A stretch of 64,000 nucleotides of DNA, taken from an uncultured delta proteobacterium. GTDB lineage: Bacteria; Myxococcota_A; Polyangia; Polyangiales; B10-G4. The notes below the pieces were generated by a model. That model searched no databases, was not told where the DNA came from, and worked only from the letters and a program-made list of their open reading frames with translations. The translations under genes were made by a program, and so were the position numbers. The DNA lies in contig CAVSGI010000008.1 of assembly GCA_963727445.1 (NCBI GenBank), positions 128,001 through 192,000 of the forward strand. The letters are read 5' to 3'. Positions 45,101 through 54,897 of the stretch are shown here, piece after piece (position 1 is the first letter of the stretch; each line of letters starts with the position of its first letter).

Positions 45101-45808
45101 GCCCGCGTCTTCGTAGGGCGTGCCCTCGAGGAGCGAAGCGGGCGCGCGCCCGCTCTCCGCGAGCTCGACGTGCAGTGACAAGAGCGTCGGCACGAGCCCC
45201 CCGGAAGCGCCGAAGAGGCCGCCCATGTCGCGCACCAGGTCGCGCACTGCCTCCTCACCCCTCGCGAGGCGACCCTGCACGGCGAGCGCCGCGGCCTCCT
45301 CGGCCAGCTCCCGGGCCCGCCGATCGTCGAGCACCTCGAAAGCCGGGTCGAGGCGCGCTTCCACCGCGTGGCGCCGGAGCAGGCTCGCGCCGAAGGCATG
45401 GATGGTGGTGATGCGCGCGGAGGAGAGCGCCGCGAGCGCGGCCGCGTAGTCGGGCGCCGCCGCCGCGAGGCCGCGCGCCGCGAGGCTCTCCTCGAGCACC
45501 TTCGCGATCCGCGGGGCACCTTCGCTCTGCCCCGAGGCGAGGAAGCGCAGGACGCTGCCGATGCGCTCGCGCATCTCGCCCGCGGCCTTCTCGGTGAAGG
45601 TCATGGCCACGATGCGATCGGGGCTCACCGGCCGGCCGATCTCCGTCGCGCCCGCGACGAGGTGCACGTAGAGGGAGGTGAGCAGCTCCGTCTTGCCCGT
45701 GCCCGCGCCGGCGCGCACCACCAGGTTGCGCGCGAAGGCGTGCACCCGTGCCTCTACCGTCTTGGGCGCGCTGGTGAAGAGGAGGTCGAGCTGTCCCGCG
45801 TCGCTCAC
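42135..45808 (-). CDS. addA: UvrD-type helicase-nuclease, AddA-like; two +1 frameshifts (about 44849 and 44141)
   Basis: AGAGTGKT, TFTEKAA, TTIHAF, VDEFQDTN, VGDRKQSIYGFR, MTVHQSKGLQF, YVQTTRA, and a C-terminal GQIDL..VDYK nuclease. Confidence 0.85.
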
Positions 45809-48800
45809 GCTCCGTCCTCCACATCCTCGGCGTCGGGCGCGCCGCGCGGCAGGCGACAGATGGCGGCGAAGTCGCAGTACTGACACGCGCCCTTGGCCGG
45901 CCGAACCTCGAAGTCGCCGGCCGCGATGCGCCCCGTGATCTCGCGGATCCGCGCGCCGAGCGCGGTATCGGAGCCGTCGTCGTGGACGACGGCGAAGAGA
46001 TCGTCGTCGCTGCGCGCGTCATTGCGCCAGGCGCCGCGCGTCGACGCGCGCTTGTCGGCGACGCTGCGCGTCGGCGCTCCGTCCTTCAGGCTGAGATAGC
46101 GCGCGTCGATGCTGCGGGCATCGGTCGCCTGCTTCGCCGCGGCCGCGTAGATGGGGAGCTGAAGCTCCGAGACGCCCAGCGCGTCCGGGGCGAGCTTGCG
46201 TTCGAGGGTCGTGCCGCGTCCGGACTTCAGGTCGGTGACGCGCACGGCGTCCCCTCGTCGCTCGACCAGGTCGATGCGCCCGTGGAGCTCGAGCTCGCCC
46301 ACCGGGACCGCAGGCCACCCCCCCTTGCCGCCGAAGATCTGCTCGACGGCAGCCGGCGCGTATCCGTCGCCCGACTCGTAGAGCGCGCGCACCACCGCCA
46401 CCACCCGCTCGACCACGTCGTCGCGCGCGAGGTCAGCGACGTGCGCGTCGATGGGTAGCGCGAAGAAGCGCGGCGTCGCCACGGCCGTCGCCGCCTCGCG
46501 GGCCAGCGCCATCGCCTCTTCGCTGCGCGAAGCCACGTAAGGAACGAAGCCGCCGTCGCGCAGCGCCTCGATCGCTGCTTCGAAGCACGCGTGGGCGACG
46601 TTGCCCTTCTGCCGCGCGTCGGGATCGTCCTCGCCCACGTGTTCCGGCTCGATGCGCAGCACGCGCTTCGCGAAATACTGAAACGGACAGCGCGCGAAGT
46701 CTTCGAGCGCCGAGGCGCTGGTGCGGGCGGGGGCGCTCCTCTGTGCGGGGCTGAGCTTTCCGGCGAATGCGCCCACGTCGGGCCCCGGCGCGGCCAGCAT
46801 CGTCGCGAGGCGGGCGCGCTCGACGAAGAGGCGATCGAGCAACGGGCGCACCCCGAGCGCGTCGTCACCGAGGGGCGCCTGTCGGGGATCGATGGCCGCG
46901 GCCGCAGCCGAGGTGGTGGCCGCATCGAGCTCCGCGAAGGCGCGGACCCACGCACGGCGGGCGTCCTCGACCGAGGCGGCGCGGTCGAGCGCGGGCGCGG
47001 GCTCGATGGGCGGAGCGTCCTGTCGAATGCGCGCGCCCGCACGTTCGAGAGACGCGAGGGCCCCGTCGAGGATCTGCGAAGGCACCACCGGCCGCCCGTC
47101 GTCGTCCGTGCACGCGTGCGAAAGGACGAGGTGCGCGCGGGGGCTCGCCGCGGCGAGATAGAAGAGGAGCGGGTCCACCTCACGGCTGGTCGCGAAGGCC
47201 ACCGCCCCCGCCTGGGTCTCCTCCGCGACGTCGAAGGTGTAGCGCGGCCCGTCGGCGCGCTGCGCGAGGGCCCGGCCCACCGCGTGTCGGTCCGAGACGG
47301 AGAGGAGCGGGTCGTCGGCGGCAGGCGCGGGAAGCTCGCCGTCGCGCAGGCCGCACAGAAACGCCACCTCCAGCGAGAGCCCGCCCAGGCCCTGAAGCGA
47401 GATCAGCCGCACCGCGCCCCCACGAAGCCCACCGGCGGCGACCGCGTGTGGGCCGATCGCGTCACGCAGGAGGCCCTGCGCCTCGGCTGGCTCGAAGCGC
47501 ACGCTCAGGTGCAGGCGCTCGGCCGCTTCTTCGAGCTCCGTGAGCGCGAGCTCGAGCACGTCGAGGGCGGCCTGGTCGCGACCGAAGGCGCGCGCCTCGG
47601 CCTCGGCCAGGGCGTCGCTGGCGTCGCCGCGGATGAGCTCGCGCAAGCTCGTGGACGGTTGGCTCACCGCGTCAGCGAGCCCCGACACCTCGACGAAGCG
47701 CCGGACGCGCGCAACCAGCTCCCCCACCGTCGCCGGCTCGCCGAGCGGCGACGCGCGTTCGGCGAAGTCCGCCACGGCGCTGCGCACGGAGGCGAGCGCG
47801 TCCGGCGCGTCCTTCGCCCCGGCGTAGCGGTCGAGGGCCGAGAGGAGCGCTTCGGCCGGGCGCGCCCCCGGCGCGCTCCGCGCCCCCACTTCGCGAAGCA
47901 CGCGGCCCAGCTCCGCCGCGTGGCCTCGACTCTCGGACCAGCGCGGCGCGTATCCGCTCGCCACGAGACGCAGCACCGACTCCTTCGGCAGGCCCTGGCT
48001 CGCCGCCACCATGGTGTCGAGGAGGAAGCGCAAAGGCGGCGTCTCCTCGGCAGGCGTCCCCCGCCCCTCGTGAACCGGCACGCCCGCGGCCCGAAGCGCA
48101 GCGCCGAGCGGCCCGGCGTGGGCGCCGAGATCGCGCGCAGCGATGGCGATCCGTTCGGGCGCCACCCCCGCATCGACGAAGTCCCGCACGCGGCGCGCGA
48201 TGAGCGCGTGCTCCGCCGCCGCCGAGGGCGCGCGGAGGACCTCGATCTCCGCCGTGCGCTCGGGCGGGCGCCCGGCGAGAACCTCCGCGACGTAGCCGCC
48301 GACACCGCGCGCCCACGTCGCGGGCGGCGTGGGCAGGAGCGTGAGGCTCGCCGCCGCGCCCGCGGCTTCGGCGCGGCGCAGGGTGCGCTCGGTCGCACGG
48401 AACCAGGTCGTGCCCGCCGCGCGCTCCTGCTCGTCGTGGGGGAGCTCGATGGTGAGATCCGCCACGCGCGACGCGAGGGCGTCGAAGAAAGCGAGGTGCG
48501 AGGGCGGCAGCTCGTGCACGTGACGCACGACGATGCGCGAGGAACCGTGGATGCCGGTCGGCAGGGGCGCGCCACCGCGAAGGGCCGCGGCCACCCGAAA
48601 GAAGGCGCCCTCGGCGTCGACCGCGCCGAGGCGCGCGTGGACGGCATCCACTTCGGCGACGAGCGCGGCCACGTCCAGGACCCTCTCGGCCACGGCGCGC
48701 GGAAGACTGCCGGTCACGGCGCGGAGCTGCGCCGCCGTGACCCCCGCCTTCCGGCAGGCCGCGATCGTCGCGCCGAGCGCCGACACGAAGCCGGGGGTTT

Positions 48801-49050
48801 GGGCGACGCGCGCGAAGCGACCGTGCGCGGCGGCCTCGGAGGCGGCGGCGAGGCGAAGGACCAGCCGCTCCTCGAGATGCCCCAGCACCCGCGTCGCCGG
48901 CAGGGCCGTGGAGGTCACCGCGGCGACGAGCTCCGACAGGGTCATGATCCCGCGCCCCATGAAGACCCGGCGGTCGTGCCCCTGCGCCTCCTCTGCGCGC
49001 GCGAAGGCCGCGTGGGCATGGGTGGGAACGACGATGAGCTGGGCGGTCAC
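45805..49050 (-). CDS. addB: AddB-like inactive helicase with a PD-(D/E)xK nuclease and Fe-S staple
   Basis: SASALEDFARCPFQYF, GRIDLVE, TDLKSG, LQLPIY, CQYCDFAAIC; directly upstream of the addA-like gene. Confidence 0.85.
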   Translation of the reverse strand: MTAQLIVVPTHAHAAFARAEEAQGHDRRVFMGRGIMTLSELVAAVTSTALPATRVLGHLEERLVLRLAAASEAAAHGRFARVAQTPGFVSALGATIAACRKAGVTAAQLRAVTGSLPRAVAERVLDVAALVAEVDAVHARLGAVDAEGAFFRVAAALRGGAPLPTGIHGSSRIVVRHVHELPPSHLAFFDALASRVADLTIELPHDEQERAAGTTWFRATERTLRRAEAAGAAASLTLLPTPPATWARGVGGYVAEVLAGRPPERTAEIEVLRAPSAAAEHALIARRVRDFVDAGVAPERIAIAARDLGAHAGPLGAALRAAGVPVHEGRGTPAEETPPLRFLLDTMVAASQGLPKESVLRLVASGYAPRWSESRGHAAELGRVLREVGARSAPGARPAEALLSALDRYAGAKDAPDALASVRSAVADFAERASPLGEPATVGELVARVRRFVEVSGLADAVSQPSTSLRELIRGDASDALAEAEARAFGRDQAALDVLELALTELEEAAERLHLSVRFEPAEAQGLLRDAIGPHAVAAGGLRGGAVRLISLQGLGGLSLEVAFLCGLRDGELPAPAADDPLLSVSDRHAVGRALAQRADGPRYTFDVAEETQAGAVAFATSREVDPLLFYLAAASPRAHLVLSHACTDDDGRPVVPSQILDGALASLERAGARIRQDAPPIEPAPALDRAASVEDARRAWVRAFAELDAATTSAAAAAIDPRQAPLGDDALGVRPLLDRLFVERARLATMLAAPGPDVGAFAGKLSPAQRSAPARTSASALEDFARCPFQYFAKRVLRIEPEHVGEDDPDARQKGNVAHACFEAAIEALRDGGFVPYVASRSEEAMALAREAATAVATPRFFALPIDAHVADLARDDVVERVVAVVRALYESGDGYAPAAVEQIFGGKGGWPAVPVGELELHGRIDLVERRGDAVRVTDLKSGRGTTLERKLAPDALGVSELQLPIYAAAAKQATDARSIDARYLSLKDGAPTRSVADKRASTRGAWRNDARSDDDLFAVVHDDGSDTALGARIREITGRIAAGDFEVRPAKGACQYCDFAAICRLPRGAPDAEDVEDGA

Positions 49051-49161
49051 GGGAGCAGTGCCTTATCACGTGCAAGACGGGCGGGAAGGCCCCGGACTGA
49101 CAGGCCCCGAAAATGCTTCGTCTTGTAGCCCAGCCGGCTTTCGCGCTATAGGGAGGCCACC

Positions 49162-49419
49162 ATGGCCCACGAATCCGAGACCCCCTACGGCGGCGAGTTT
49201 CCCGACGTCCGAGACGAAGCCGCGGCTTCGCCCAAGTGGCTGCCGGGCCTCGGCTTCGCGATCCTCTGTGTCTTCGCCCTGTTCCTGGCGCTGCGCGCGG
49301 CGTCGGCGCACGAAGAGGCGAACGTCACGGCCGAGGAAGTGATCGTCGAAGCGCCGACCGAAGCTGCCGCGGCCCCCGCGCCTGCCCCCGCCCCGGCGGA
49401 GGCGCCTCCTCAGAACTGA
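49162..49419 (+). CDS. Small membrane protein
   Basis: GGAGG RBS, one TM helix and an Ala/Pro tail. Confidence 0.65.
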   Translation: MAHESETPYGGEFPDVRDEAAASPKWLPGLGFAILCVFALFLALRAASAHEEANVTAEEVIVEAPTEAAAAPAPAPAPAEAPPQN

Positions 49420-49429
49420 AGCCGCGACG

Positions 49430-50869
49430 ATGCGAGGCGTCGTCGCCGCAGGCAATCCGCACACCGCGGAGGCTGCCGCCGAGATCCTCCGCGCGGGGGG
49501 CAATGCGATCGACGCCGCCTGCGCGGCCGCTCTCGCTACCTTCAGCGCCGAGCCACTCCTGTCGTCGGCGGGCGGGGCCGGGCTGGCCCTCATCGCCAAG
49601 AAGGGCGAAGCGCCGAGGCTCGTGGACTTCTTCTCGCGATCGCCCGGGCTCGGGGGCACCGCGCCGGCGAAGGCCGACTTCGAGGCGGTGGAGATCGACT
49701 TCGGCAGCGCGCTCCAGACCTTCCACGTCGGGCGCGGCTCGGCGGCGATGCCGCTCGCGCTGCCAGGCATCGCCAGCGCCGTCCAGCACTTCGGCGCGCT
49801 CCCGCTCGCCCACGTGGTCGCGCCCGCGGCGCGGATGGCGAAGGAAGGCGTGCCGCTGACCCGCGAGGGCGCGGACGTCTTCGCGCTCCTGTGGCCGATC
49901 CTGGTGCGCGACGCCGACACCGTGGCGCTCTACTCCGACGACAATCGCCCTCCCCCGGCGGGCCGCCTCATGGTCAACGCGGACCTCGGCGACACGCTCG
50001 TGGAATTCGGCGCGTCGGGCGGACTGCCCGCGCGCGCGAAGGCGGGCCTCCTCTCGGCCTTCGGTCCGAGCCGCGGGGGCCTCATCACCGAAGCCGATGT
50101 GGCCGCTGCGGAGGAGATCGCGATCGTGGCGCCGCTTTCGGCGCGTATCGGCGAGCTCGAGGCGTTCACCTCGCCGCGCATCGGCGGTCGCCTGGTGATG
50201 GAGATCTCGACAAGCCTCGGCGCGCTCGGCGACGAAGACGAGGTCGCGCAGATGCGGGGACTCGCGCGTGCGTCTCAGAAGGCGCACCTCGCGCACGTCG
50301 GCCTCGAGGCGCCGGGCAGCACCACGCACATCAGCGTCCTCGACGCCGAGGGCAACGCCGCTGCCATCACACTGACCAACGGCGAAGGCTGTGGACACCT
50401 GATCGAAGGCACGGGCATCCAGGTCAACAACTTCCTCGGCGAAGAGGATCTGAACCCCGACGGCTTCCACCTGCACCCCGCCGGCGCCCGCCTTCCCACC
50501 ATGGTCGCGCCCACCATCGCGCTGCGCGACGGCCAGCCGGTGCTCGCGGTGGGGAGCGGCGGCGCCAACCGCATTCGCAGCTCCGTGAGTCAGGTCCTCT
50601 ATCGCATCGCCCTGCGCGGCCGTTCGCTCGAAGAGGCGGTGATGGCGCCGCGGGTTCACGCGGAGACCGACGCGGCGTGGTTCGAGCGGGGCGGCCTCGC
50701 CGATCCCGAGGCCGTGCTTCGCGCCCTCCGCGAGGACTTCGGCCGCGTCTTTCCCTTTCCCGATCGCGCCTTCTTCTTCGGCGGTGTTCACTCGGTGATG
50801 CGCGGACGAGATGGGAGCGCGAGCGCCTTCGGCGATCCGCGCCGCGGTGGCGTCGGGATCGTCGTCTGA
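49430..50869 (+). CDS. ggt: Gamma-glutamyltransferase family protein
   Basis: GGNAIDAA, nucleophile [28 protein letters not shown]. Confidence 0.9.
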   Translation: MRGVVAAGNPHTAEAAAEILRAGGNAIDAACAAALATFSAEPLLSSAGGAGLALIAKKGEAPRLVDFFSRSPGLGGTAPAKADFEAVEIDFGSALQTFHVGRGSAAMPLALPGIASAVQHFGALPLAHVVAPAARMAKEGVPLTREGADVFALLWPILVRDADTVALYSDDNRPPPAGRLMVNADLGDTLVEFGASGGLPARAKAGLLSAFGPSRGGLITEADVAAAEEIAIVAPLSARIGELEAFTSPRIGGRLVMEISTSLGALGDEDEVAQMRGLARASQKAHLAHVGLEAPGSTTHISVLDAEGNAAAITLTNGEGCGHLIEGTGIQVNNFLGEEDLNPDGFHLHPAGARLPTMVAPTIALRDGQPVLAVGSGGANRIRSSVSQVLYRIALRGRSLEEAVMAPRVHAETDAAWFERGGLADPEAVLRALREDFGRVFPFPDRAFFFGGVHSVMRGRDGSASAFGDPRRGGVGIVV

Positions 50870-50943
50870 CGCGGCGGAGCGACCGGAGCACCCCTCCGAC
50901 GCGGGTTGGCCGGGGCGCTCGCCGGGACTACCCTTCGCCCGCC

Positions 50944-52275
50944 ATGAACTACAGCGCGAGCTTCCGTTGCGTCGCGGGATGCGAGGGCCGCTACCCCCTC
51001 GACCAGGTCATCTACGAGTGCCCGAGCTGCGGCGAGCTCCTCGAGGTCGGTCACGACGTCGACGCCCTGCGCGACCGGAGCGCCGCGGCGTGGATGAAGC
51101 TCTTCGACGACCGCTGGATGACTACCCAGTGGCCGTACGGCAGCGGCGTCTGGGGCAAGAAGGAGTGGGTGATGCCCGGCGTGCGCGACGAGCACGTCGT
51201 GTCGATGGCGGAGGGCGGCACCAACCTCTTCTGGGCCGAGCGCTACGGCAAGAGCCGCCTCGGTCACGAGGACGTGTGGATCAAGAACTGCGGCAACAGC
51301 CACACCGGCTCCTTCAAGGACCTGGGGATGACGGTGCTGGTGAGCGTGGTCAATCAGATGATCGCGGACGGCAAGGAGATCCGTGCCATCGCCTGCGCTT
51401 CCACCGGCGACACATCGGCGGCGCTGGCTGCGTACTGCGCGTCGGCAGGCATCCGCAGCGTCGTCTTGTTGCCGAAGGGCAAGGTGACCACGGCGCAGCT
51501 GGTGCAGCCGCTGGCCAACGGAGCGGTGGTGTGCGCGGTCGACACGGACTTCGACGGGTGCATGGCGATCGTGAAGCGCCTGGCGAAAGAGCCGGGGGTG
51601 TATCTCGCGAACTCGATGAACTCGCTGCGCCTCGAAGGCCAGAAGACGGTGGGCATCGAGGTGGTGCAGCAGTTCGACTGGCGGGTGCCGGACTGGTTCG
51701 TGATCCCGGGGGGCAACCTCGGCAACGTGGCGGCGCTCGGGGCCGGGCTCGACCTGCTCCTCGAGCTCGGGGTGATACAGAAGCGGCCGCGGATCTGCGT
51801 CGCGCAGGCGGCGAAGGCCAACCCGCTCTATCGGGCCTACCAGGACGGCTGGGACGCGTTCACGCCCATGACCGCGGAGAAGACCGAGGCGAGCGCGATC
51901 CGCATCGGCAACCCGGTGTCGATCAAGCGCGCGGTGCGGGCGCTGACGCGATTCGATGGCGTGGTGGAGCAGGCGACGGAGGAGGAGCTGGCCGAGGCTT
52001 CGGCCGCGGCGGACCGCTCGGGGGCCTACACCTGCCCGCATACGGGGGTCGCCCTCGCGGCGCTCGAGAAGCTGGTGGCGCAGAAGAAGGTGAAGAAGGA
52101 CGAGCGTGTGGTCGTGATCTCCACGGCGAACGGGCTCAAGTTCACCGACTTCAAGGTGCGTTACCACGAGGGCAGCATCGAAGGCGTCTCCAGCAAGAAC
52201 CGAAACACCCCGGTCGAGGTCGCGAACGACTACGAGGCGGTGAAGAAGGCCGTCCTCGGCGCGATCGAGTCATGA
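50944..52275 (+). CDS. thrC: Threonine synthase
   Basis: [14 protein letters not shown] (PLP Lys), [30 protein letters not shown]. Confidence 0.95.
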   Translation: MNYSASFRCVAGCEGRYPLDQVIYECPSCGELLEVGHDVDALRDRSAAAWMKLFDDRWMTTQWPYGSGVWGKKEWVMPGVRDEHVVSMAEGGTNLFWAERYGKSRLGHEDVWIKNCGNSHTGSFKDLGMTVLVSVVNQMIADGKEIRAIACASTGDTSAALAAYCASAGIRSVVLLPKGKVTTAQLVQPLANGAVVCAVDTDFDGCMAIVKRLAKEPGVYLANSMNSLRLEGQKTVGIEVVQQFDWRVPDWFVIPGGNLGNVAALGAGLDLLLELGVIQKRPRICVAQAAKANPLYRAYQDGWDAFTPMTAEKTEASAIRIGNPVSIKRAVRALTRFDGVVEQATEEELAEASAAADRSGAYTCPHTGVALAALEKLVAQKKVKKDERVVVISTANGLKFTDFKVRYHEGSIEGVSSKNRNTPVEVANDYEAVKKAVLGAIES

Positions 52276-53868
52276 ACGAAGGGCGCGAGCGTAGTCACTG
52301 GGGCTGGGGCTGGGCCGACAAGTGGCTCGCGCGCGACGCGCGCGTGGCGATGGGCGCGCAGGTGGGCGCCATGCTGGGCTTCGAAGGGCTGACGCCAGAG
52401 GAGCCGGTAGCGCTCGCGGAGGTGGAGCTCGCGGCGCCGCGGGTGAGCGCGCCAGACATCGGAGTGTCGATCAGCGAGGCGAAGGCGGCGCGCGTTCGTC
52501 ACACCTACGGCAAGAGCTACCGCGACCTGGTGCGCGGCTTTTCGGGAGACTTCGGGCCTGCGCCGGATTCTGGTCGCGCTGCCCGAGAGCGAGGAGGAGG
52601 TCGCGCGCGTCCTCGAGTGGGCGAGCGAGCGGCGCGTGGCGGTGATCCCCTTCGGCGGCGGGACCAGCGTTGTCGGGGGAGTGGAGGCACAGCTCGAAGG
52701 CGACTACGCGGGCGCGCTGAGCCTGGACCTGACGCGCCTCGACCGCGTGCTCGAGATCGAAGAGCGCTCGCTGTCGGCGCGCATTCAGGCGGGCGCCAGC
52801 GGGCCGCGGCTCGAAAAGCAGCTCGCCGAGCGCGGGCTCACGCTGCGCTTCTTCCCGCAATCCTTCGAGCACTCGACCCTCGGCGGTTGGATTGCGACGC
52901 GCGCGGGGGGCCACTTCGCCACGGCCTACACCCACGTCGACGACCTGACGCTCTCGACGCGGATGCTCACGCCGCGCGGGGTGATGGAGTCGCGCCGACT
53001 ACCGAGCTCGGGCGCGGGTCCGAGCCCAGACCGCATGGTGCTCGGTTCCGAGGGGACGCTGGGCGTCATCACCGAAGCGTGGATGCAGGTGCGGCCGCGG
53101 CCGACTTTTCGCGCGACCGCGAGCGTGCGCTTCGACGACTACTCGAGGGCGGTGGATGCGGTTCGTGCGCTCGCGCAGTCGGGCCTGCAGCCGTCGAACT
53201 GCCGACTTCTCGACAGCCGCGAAGCCGCGCTGAACTTCGTCGCCAACGACGGATCGTCGGTGTTGGTGATCGGCTTCGAGTCGGCCGACCACCCGCTCGA
53301 GGCGTGGATGGAGCGAGCCCTCGTGCTGGCGAAGGATCACGGCGGTGTGTGTCCAAAGGGCGCGACCTATCGCAGCGCGGGTGCGAAGGCAGACGGTGGC
53401 GCCGCAAGCACCTGGAAGCAGGCCTTCATCGAGGCGCCCTACCTACAGAACACGATGGTCAGCCTCGGCGTGATCGCCGACACCTTCGAGACCGCAATTC
53501 CCTGGGATCGCTTCGAGGAGCTCCACACCGCCGTGATCCGAAACGTGCGCGACGCGATGAAGCGCGCTTGCGGCAAGGGCACCATCAGCTGTCGCTTCAC
53601 CCACGTCTACCCCTCGGGCCCCGCCCCGTACTACACCTTCCTCGCCCCCGCGAAGCGCGGCGCCGAGCTCGAGCAGTGGGCCGAGATCAAGAAGGCCGCG
53701 AGCGACACCCTCCTCGCCCACGGCGCCACCATCACCCATCACCACGCCATCGGCCGCACCCACCGCCCCTGGTACGGCCAACAACGCCCCGCCCTCTTCG
53801 CCCAAGCCCTCGCCGCCGCCAAACACACCCTGGACCCCGCCGCCATCCTCAACCCCGGCTGCCTCTGA
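52272..53868 (+). CDS. FAD-linked oxidase, alkyl-DHAP-synthase-like; +1 frameshift near 52568
   Basis: [52 protein letters not shown]. The frames join at GATTC 52566-52570. Confidence 0.88.
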
Positions 53869-53869
53869 C

Positions 53870-53963
53870 GGGGACGGTCTACACTTTTCAACTTTCTCGC
53901 CGACCGCGGGGCCGACCCCGCTGGCTGCAAGCGGACAGAAGTTGAAAAGTCTAGACCGTCCCC
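53870..53963. repeat. REPIN-like inverted pair from the same 27-bp family
   Basis: An exact core at 53870-53896 and an inverted copy with 3 mismatches at 53937-53963, separated by a 40-bp spacer. Confidence 0.92.
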
Positions 53964-54226
53964 TGAGCGCCGAGGGCTTGTTGGAGGCGGTCTTTGGTGG
54001 GGCGGCTGAGGTTGACGAGGCGGAGGCGGACGGTGAAGCGGGCGTCGTCGCGCTTCTTGCTTTGGATGGTGCGGCCCTCGAGGGAGAGGGAGGCGTCGTC
54101 GATGAGCGCTTCGAAGCGGATGGGCTGACCGGGGGCGAAGGCCTTGGGGGAGATGACCTCGAGGCGTTCGCCATCGAGGGCCACGACTTCCCCTTCGCCG
54201 CCGTCGAAGCGCGCGACGACGCTCAC
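53951..54226 (-). CDS. Small PilZ-like/hypothetical protein
   Basis: A 91-aa beta-rich ORF overlapping the smpB stop (GTGA). The PilZ resemblance is weak. Confidence 0.6.
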   Translation of the reverse strand: MSVVARFDGGEGEVVALDGERLEVISPKAFAPGQPIRFEALIDDASLSLEGRTIQSKKRDDARFTVRLRLVNLSRPTKDRLQQALGAQGTV

Positions 54227-54714
54227 CGCTTCCCCCGACCGCGACCCATCGCGCGCCTCGCCTCGTCGAGCGCGGCCTTGCGCTTGAGGTCCTCGCGCCG
54301 GTCGCCTACGTCCTTGCCCTTCGCGAGCCCGAGCTCGACCTTCGCCCAGCCGTCCTTGAAGTAGACGCGCAGCGGGATCAGCGTGAAGCCGCGCACCGAG
54401 AGCTTGCCCTCGAGACGCTCGAGCTCGTGCTTCTTCACGAGCAGCTTTCGCTTGTCCTTCTCCTCGTGCCCGAAGACTCCCGCCTGCTCGTAGGGCCCGA
54501 TGAACATCTTGTTGAGCCAGAGCTCCCCCCGTTCGAGGCTCGCGTAGGCCCCCTCGAGGTCCGCGCGCTTGGCCCGAAGCGACTTCACCTCCGAGCCCTT
54601 GAGCACCATCCCGGCCTCGAGGCGCTCCTGGATGTCGTAGCGCTTCGACGCCTTGCGGTTCGTACAGACGAGGAGCTCGCCCGGCACGTCGTTCTTCTTG
54701 CTCTTCTTACCCAC
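54223..54714 (-). CDS. smpB: SsrA-binding protein SmpB
   Basis: NRKA, EAGMVLKGSEVKSLR, RKLLV, GLAKGK..DRRE. Confidence 0.96.
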   Translation of the reverse strand: MGKKSKKNDVPGELLVCTNRKASKRYDIQERLEAGMVLKGSEVKSLRAKRADLEGAYASLERGELWLNKMFIGPYEQAGVFGHEEKDKRKLLVKKHELERLEGKLSVRGFTLIPLRVYFKDGWAKVELGLAKGKDVGDRREDLKRKAALDEARRAMGRGRGKR

Positions 54715-54732
54715 GGCGGAGCCGACCGGACC

Positions 54733-54897
54733 AGGGGGTGTCCCCCGTCTTCGGACCGAGAAGCCCGGGTAGATCGTGGTTTGCGGGGCGGTTCCCCGGC
54801 GACGAAGCGATGCCGAGTATCGGGCAGGAGCTGGGGGACGGACCGCGAGCCGCGAGATGCCTGGGATTCGACGGGAGCAAAACTGGGGACACCCCCT
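54733..54897. repeat. Second inverted-repeat pair (AGGGGGTGTCCCC ... GGGGACACCCCCT)
   Basis: Perfect 13-bp inverted repeats at 54733-54745 and 54885-54897, extendable with mismatches. Confidence 0.7.

Noticed and set aside
54850..54880. tmRNA (ssrA) next to smpB, suggested by GGATTCGACGGG
   Set aside because: The 5' GGGG acceptor stem is missing and I see no 3' T-arm/CCA. The intergenic space is only about 180 bp, and the sequence runs into a CDS.
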